The position numbers and the translations under genes are program-made. Shown here piece by piece: positions 60,318-64,000 of a stretch of 64,000 nt of DNA. The stretch lies in NCBI GenBank assembly GCA_015228925.1, contig JADGCQ010000007.1, forward strand, positions 1,588-65,587, given 5' to 3'. Under the pieces are notes generated by a model, which saw nothing but the letters and a program-made list of their open reading frames with translations, made no database searches and was not told the origin of the DNA. Position 1 is the stretch's first letter. Every line of letters starts with the position of its first letter. This stretch comes from Magnetococcales bacterium (GTDB lineage Bacteria > Pseudomonadota > Magnetococcia > Magnetococcales > UBA8363).

Positions 60318-60725
60318 TCATCGGTCGGCGATGATGGTGCAGACGATGGTTCGTACCCTGCGTGGTCCGTCAAATTCGCAAAAGAAAATATTTTGCCATT
60401 GCGATAATCCCAACTGCCCATCGATCAAAGGGATGGTCTGGGAGGGGCCTACCAGCCCCGCTTTCAGATGAGCGTCGCCATTGCCATCCTGGCGATCATG
60501 AAGCCACCCCCCTCTGGGGATGACTTTTTGCAGTAGGTGGATCACATCCTTCTGCACGGAGTCATCCCAATTTTCCTGGATCATGATGGCCCCTGTGGCA
60601 CCCTGGGCGTAGACGGAAACCAAACCGTTGTGAATGCCACTTTCGCGGACAACTTGGTGAACGGATTGGGTGATATCCACCAATTCTTCACGTTGCCGTG
60701 TGGAAATAGTGATCAAATCGCGCAT
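60318..60725 (-). CDS. yjbQ: YjbQ/UPF0047 family protein (secondary thiamine-phosphate synthase-like)
   Basis: ISTRQREELVDITQSV..., HTTGAI-like GATGAIMIQENWD and GDAHLKA. Confidence 0.8.
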   Translation of the reverse strand: MRDLITISTRQREELVDITQSVHQVVRESGIHNGLVSVYAQGATGAIMIQENWDDSVQKDVIHLLQKVIPRGGWLHDRQDGNGDAHLKAGLVGPSQTIPLIDGQLGLSQWQNIFFCEFDGPRRVRTIVCTIIADR

Positions 60726-60776
60726 GAGAGAAATTCCCAGTAAAGAAGGTTATCCGTTGTGTCCCATGATTCGGGT

Positions 60777-62609
60777 TCAACGTCTTCCAAATAATTTTTC
60801 AATGTCCGGTAGTGACAAGGTGATATGGGTTGGTCGTCCATGGCCGCATTGGCCGGAGCGCATGGTTGTTTCAATCTGACGCAACAGGGCGTTCATCTCC
60901 GGCACCTGGAGTCGGCGATTGGCGCGGATTGAACCATGACAGGCCATGGTGGTCAAAATCTCATTTCTTTGATGATCCAAGGCTTCGCTAGCACCAAACC
61001 GTTCCAAATCCTGGATAATGTCCATCACCAGATTACGTATGCTGATCTCTCCCAAGATGGCGGGTAATTCGCGCACGGCAAAGGCGTTTTCTCCAAAGGA
61101 GTCGAGGACAATCCCTAGTTTTTCCAGGGTCTTGGCATGACGTTTGACGAGTTGTGCCTCTCCAGACGAAACGTGCAAAATTTCTGGAATCAACAGCATC
61201 TGACGTTCAGGAACATTCCCGGCGGCAAAGATTTCTTTCAAACGTTCATAAACGATCCGTTCGTGGGCCGCATGTTGATCCACAAGGACCAGCCCTTCCT
61301 GAGTTTGGGCGAGGATGTAGGTGCCATGAATCTGGGCCACCGCCTCCCCAAGGGGAAATGATTTGGCAAATGAGGGGAGAGGCTCTTGGATTCTGGGTGC
61401 GGCGGGGATGGTTTCCAGATTGAATGCCCGTTGGCTTGGAACCGAAGCGACGGGCGGTTTGCTGGCCGGGGCGGGGGGAGACCATTGGACCGGTTTGGAG
61501 GCCGAAGGGGGGAGGGTCACCTCGGTGATTGGGCGTTCCTCTGGGAAAGGGGTGGCGGGAAGGTTGGGGAGGTTGACATAGGTTCCCACGAGACTGGTGG
61601 TATGGTGGTCTTCCAGTGCCCTACCCAGCGTTCGGCGGATGATGGCGTGGATGTGGTTGCTGTTATGGAAACGGATTTCCTGTTTGGTGGGGTGGACGTT
61701 GACATCCAAATCGCCTGGGTCCAATTCGATGAAGAGTGCCAGGGTTGGAAACCGATCCCGGGGGATGGTGTCCCGATAGGCTTCGCGGGCGGCGTGGCTG
61801 ATCACCTTGTCACGGACATGGCGGCCATTGACAAAAAAATACATGGCCAAACCGTTGCTGCGATGCAGATTGGGAAGACCCATCCAACCCGATACGTGTA
61901 CCCCCTCTTGTTCTCCCTCAAATTGGATGCAATGTTCGGAAAAGTCGTTCCCCATGATCCGGTCAAGCCGTTGTCGTGTCGCCCATTCATCTTCCCCTTC
62001 GCGGATGTGGAAAAGTTCTCGGCCATCGATGATCATGCGAAAGGCGATGTGGGGATTGGCCAAGGCACATTTTTGGACGGTATCGGATATGTGTGCCGCT
62101 TCGGTTTTTTCGGCTCGGAGAAATTTAAGCCGGGCTGGGGTGTTGAAAAACAAATTGCGGACGCTGATGCGGGTTCCTGGGGACATGACCAAGCTGGAGG
62201 TTTCCACATTTTTTCCACCATGGGTGCGAATACGGATCCCTTCTGCGGCATCTTGGGTTCGGGTTTCCAAATCCATGTGGGAGACCGACGCGATGGAGGG
62301 GAGGGCCTCACCACGAAAACCCAGGGTACGAATGTTGAAAAGGTCTTCCACCCGAGAGATTTTTGAGGTGGCGTGGCGTAACAGGGCCAATGGGGCATCG
62401 GCTGCCGTCATGCCATGACCGTTATCGGAAACCTTGATCAACCGTTTACCACCCTGATCGATCTCCACTTCAATGCGGGTGGCTCCGGCGTCGATGCTGT
62501 TTTCCACCAACTCCTTGACCACCGAAGCGGGGCGTTCCACCACTTCACCGGCGGCAATCTGGTTGGCAAGAATTTCGGGAAGAACCTGGACGGCAGCGTG
62601 TTGGGACAT
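60777..62609 (-). CDS. mutL: DNA mismatch repair protein MutL
   Basis: LANQIAAGEVVERPASVVKELVENSIDAGA, DNGHGM and GFRGEALPSI. C-terminal dimerisation/endonuclease-region blocks QHAAHERIVYE and ACHGSIRANR. Confidence 0.95.
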   Translation of the reverse strand: MSQHAAVQVLPEILANQIAAGEVVERPASVVKELVENSIDAGATRIEVEIDQGGKRLIKVSDNGHGMTAADAPLALLRHATSKISRVEDLFNIRTLGFRGEALPSIASVSHMDLETRTQDAAEGIRIRTHGGKNVETSSLVMSPGTRISVRNLFFNTPARLKFLRAEKTEAAHISDTVQKCALANPHIAFRMIIDGRELFHIREGEDEWATRQRLDRIMGNDFSEHCIQFEGEQEGVHVSGWMGLPNLHRSNGLAMYFFVNGRHVRDKVISHAAREAYRDTIPRDRFPTLALFIELDPGDLDVNVHPTKQEIRFHNSNHIHAIIRRTLGRALEDHHTTSLVGTYVNLPNLPATPFPEERPITEVTLPPSASKPVQWSPPAPASKPPVASVPSQRAFNLETIPAAPRIQEPLPSFAKSFPLGEAVAQIHGTYILAQTQEGLVLVDQHAAHERIVYERLKEIFAAGNVPERQMLLIPEILHVSSGEAQLVKRHAKTLEKLGIVLDSFGENAFAVRELPAILGEISIRNLVMDIIQDLERFGASEALDHQRNEILTTMACHGSIRANRRLQVPEMNALLRQIETTMRSGQCGHGRPTHITLSLPDIEKLFGRR

Positions 62610-62793
62610 GATGATATGGGGACTGTTCCGAGAGAATGTTGGGATAACGGGTTCGTAGGACAGTCTACACGTTTCTGGTCATGTGGGTCGAGTTGCTATT
62701 TTCCTATTGATTTTTTCATGGAATATACACAGAATTCTTCGGACGTGTGTAAATGATTATAAACATCTAACAGATCTTCGCGGGGGAACATTG

Positions 62794-63249
62794 ATGCAAA
62801 GTCAATCGCAAATGTCTTCTGATTTTTATGAATTAAAAAAAAGACTGAAAGATGTTGGGGTTGCAAAATTTAATTCTGATCATGAAAGATTGGTCAGAAT
62901 TATTTCCAGCTTCAATGACGTTGTGGACAAGCTTAAGAAAAGAAGGCCGGAGCCGGCGGATTGGGAGGAAATAGAGAAGATTTTCGCTGAGCTTAAGAGT
63001 TATACGGTGAGGCATTTTAGTGCCGAAGAGGCGTTATTTGAAAAACACGCCTACAAAAATAAAAATGAACATGTTCGGGAGCATCACCAACTGATACACC
63101 GTTTGGATGAGTTGGAGGGGAGGATATCAGAAAAGCAAATTTCTTACGCAGTTGATCTTCAGTTTTTTTTAATGGACTGGCTCTTTAACCATATCAATCG
63201 CCATGATATGAAATATAAAGATTTTTTCAATGCGCATGGTGTCTCATGA
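62794..63249 (+). CDS. Bacteriohemerythrin (second copy in the window)
   Basis: FNSDHERLVRIISSF, HFSAEEALFEKH, EHVREHHQLI and WLFNHINRHDMKY. The ATG at 62794 is preferred over the tracked GTG-type start at 62683. Confidence 0.8.
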   Translation: MQSQSQMSSDFYELKKRLKDVGVAKFNSDHERLVRIISSFNDVVDKLKKRRPEPADWEEIEKIFAELKSYTVRHFSAEEALFEKHAYKNKNEHVREHHQLIHRLDELEGRISEKQISYAVDLQFFLMDWLFNHINRHDMKYKDFFNAHGVS

Positions 63250-63260
63250 GTGTCGGGTGA

Positions 63261-63584
63261 CTAAGGTTGAGTGGGTTGGATGACTGGGGTGCTGTCAGGG
63301 GTCATGCGGTGGCATAGATCCGCCATGGCCGCCTCGGACAAGTCTCGTCCCGGTTTGAGGAATCCGCCAGTTTTTTGCATGATGTCGGAGGAGATGCCAA
63401 ACTGGGACAGCGTGGTGGGCGGTGGGCTGAGACCATACTCGATGCCGAACAATCCGACGATGAGCATGGCACTCCACAGGATCATGGCCAACCCCATGGT
63501 GATGATGCGATACAGGCCGTAGAGGCTCATGGCCCCGCCCAGTATCAAAAATGTCCAGGGGAGGATGTCGGCGTGGAGTTCCAT
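63261..63584 (-). CDS. Small membrane protein (hypothetical, 2-3 TM)
   Basis: WTFLILGGAMSLYGLYRIITMGLAMILWSAMLIVGLFGI are hydrophobic segments. No family recognised. Confidence 0.45.
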   Translation of the reverse strand: MELHADILPWTFLILGGAMSLYGLYRIITMGLAMILWSAMLIVGLFGIEYGLSPPPTTLSQFGISSDIMQKTGGFLKPGRDLSEAAMADLCHRMTPDSTPVIQPTQP

Positions 63585-63598
63585 GGGGATCGCTTTCT

Positions 63599-64000
63599 TT
63601 AAGTTGGTGGTTCGGGCAGATTACATGCCGACAGTGGGCCGTGGGCGATGATGGTCTGGATGGTCTCTTCGGCGCGTCGCAGACTTTGGTGGTTCTCATG
63701 GTTTTGTTGTTTCAATTTTCCCACAAGATCACTGTCGTCAAGGTTGGGTTGATTGTTCGTGATGGCTGCGAATAAAACACCCGCTTCGTCCATGCTCCTT
63801 TGCAGCAATTGTACCGTTTTTTGCGCCTGCTGGATTTGGTACACCTTGAGTGCGCCCAAATCTTTTTTGCCGCGCAGCATGTCTTGAGAACGCCGGTCGA
63901 GGAAATGTTGCTGGGCATGGAACAGGCGTTCCGATAGAACCTGGTCCATGGCCTCGGTCACCGGTCCGATTGCGGCGAAGGCTTCTTTGTATTGGCGTAT
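63599..64000 (-). CDS. Hypothetical coiled-coil-like protein; 5' end beyond the right edge of the window
   Basis: The frame stays open upstream of the tracked Met (...IRQYKEAFAAIGPVTEAMDQ...). Gln/Leu-rich helical sequence. Confidence 0.35.
   Translation of the reverse strand: MRQYKEAFAAIGPVTEAMDQVLSERLFHAQQHFLDRRSQDMLRGKKDLGALKVYQIQQAQKTVQLLQRSMDEAGVLFAAITNNQPNLDDSDLVGKLKQQNHENHQSLRRAEETIQTIIAHGPLSACNLPEPPT

Noticed and set aside
61386-62366. 326-aa plus-strand ORF opposite mutL
   Set aside because: It is fully contained in mutL on the other strand and its sequence is Gly/Asp-rich with no features. It is a shadow ORF.

Overview
This is a 64-kb chromosomal window from a Gram-negative, proteobacterium-like genome. 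Hand-counted housekeeping lines are about 58-63% G+C. I cannot name the species from sequence alone. There are roughly 55 genes.

Backbone genes: acnB, sppA, dinB-msrA-msrB, gyrA-serS, a class I aminotransferase, nagZ, a molybdopterin oxidoreductase, nth, pgi, yjbQ, mutL and one tRNA-Glu(CUC).

Signalling content is high: a PAS-GAF-GGDEF protein cut by the left edge, two hybrid histidine kinases (one with a PilZ input, translationally coupled to a REC-HD-GYP phosphodiesterase) and two bacteriohemerythrins.

18.6-33.3 kb reads as a flagellin-glycosylation / nonulosonic-acid type locus. It holds a CMP-sugar synthetase, a CBS-nucleotidyltransferase, a NeuD-like acetyltransferase, a DegT aminotransferase, a CapD-type dehydratase, a Maf/DUF115 protein and two tandem TPR-GT9 proteins.

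Most interesting observations:
1. 50.7-53.5 kb: a two-gene module. A minimal class III nucleotide cyclase fused to a TPR-like domain is followed by an FHA / degenerate-GGDEF / TIR protein. The logic resembles a cyclic-nucleotide plus TIR immune pair (Pycsar-like), but I do not recognise this domain combination as a described system.
2. 7.4-11.4 kb: a 1345-aa STAND/NACHT-like NTPase with a C-terminal PD-(D/E)xK nuclease-like domain and a markedly A+T-rich body. It is start/stop-coupled to the end of dinB-msrA-msrB.
3. 33.3-35.2 kb: a low-G+C cassette of unknown ORFs next to tRNA-Glu. It has replaced most of a third TPR-GT9 gene, of which a 135-nt 3' relic survives.

Also present: an internally deleted IS1-family relic with recognisable inverted repeats, a 34-bp direct repeat bracketing a 2.9-kb segment, and an inverted pair of REP-like palindromic elements. 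I saw no CRISPR array, rRNA, intact transposase or integrase.

All domain calls come from reading motifs by eye, not from database searches. G+C values are hand counts of a few 60-nt lines only.
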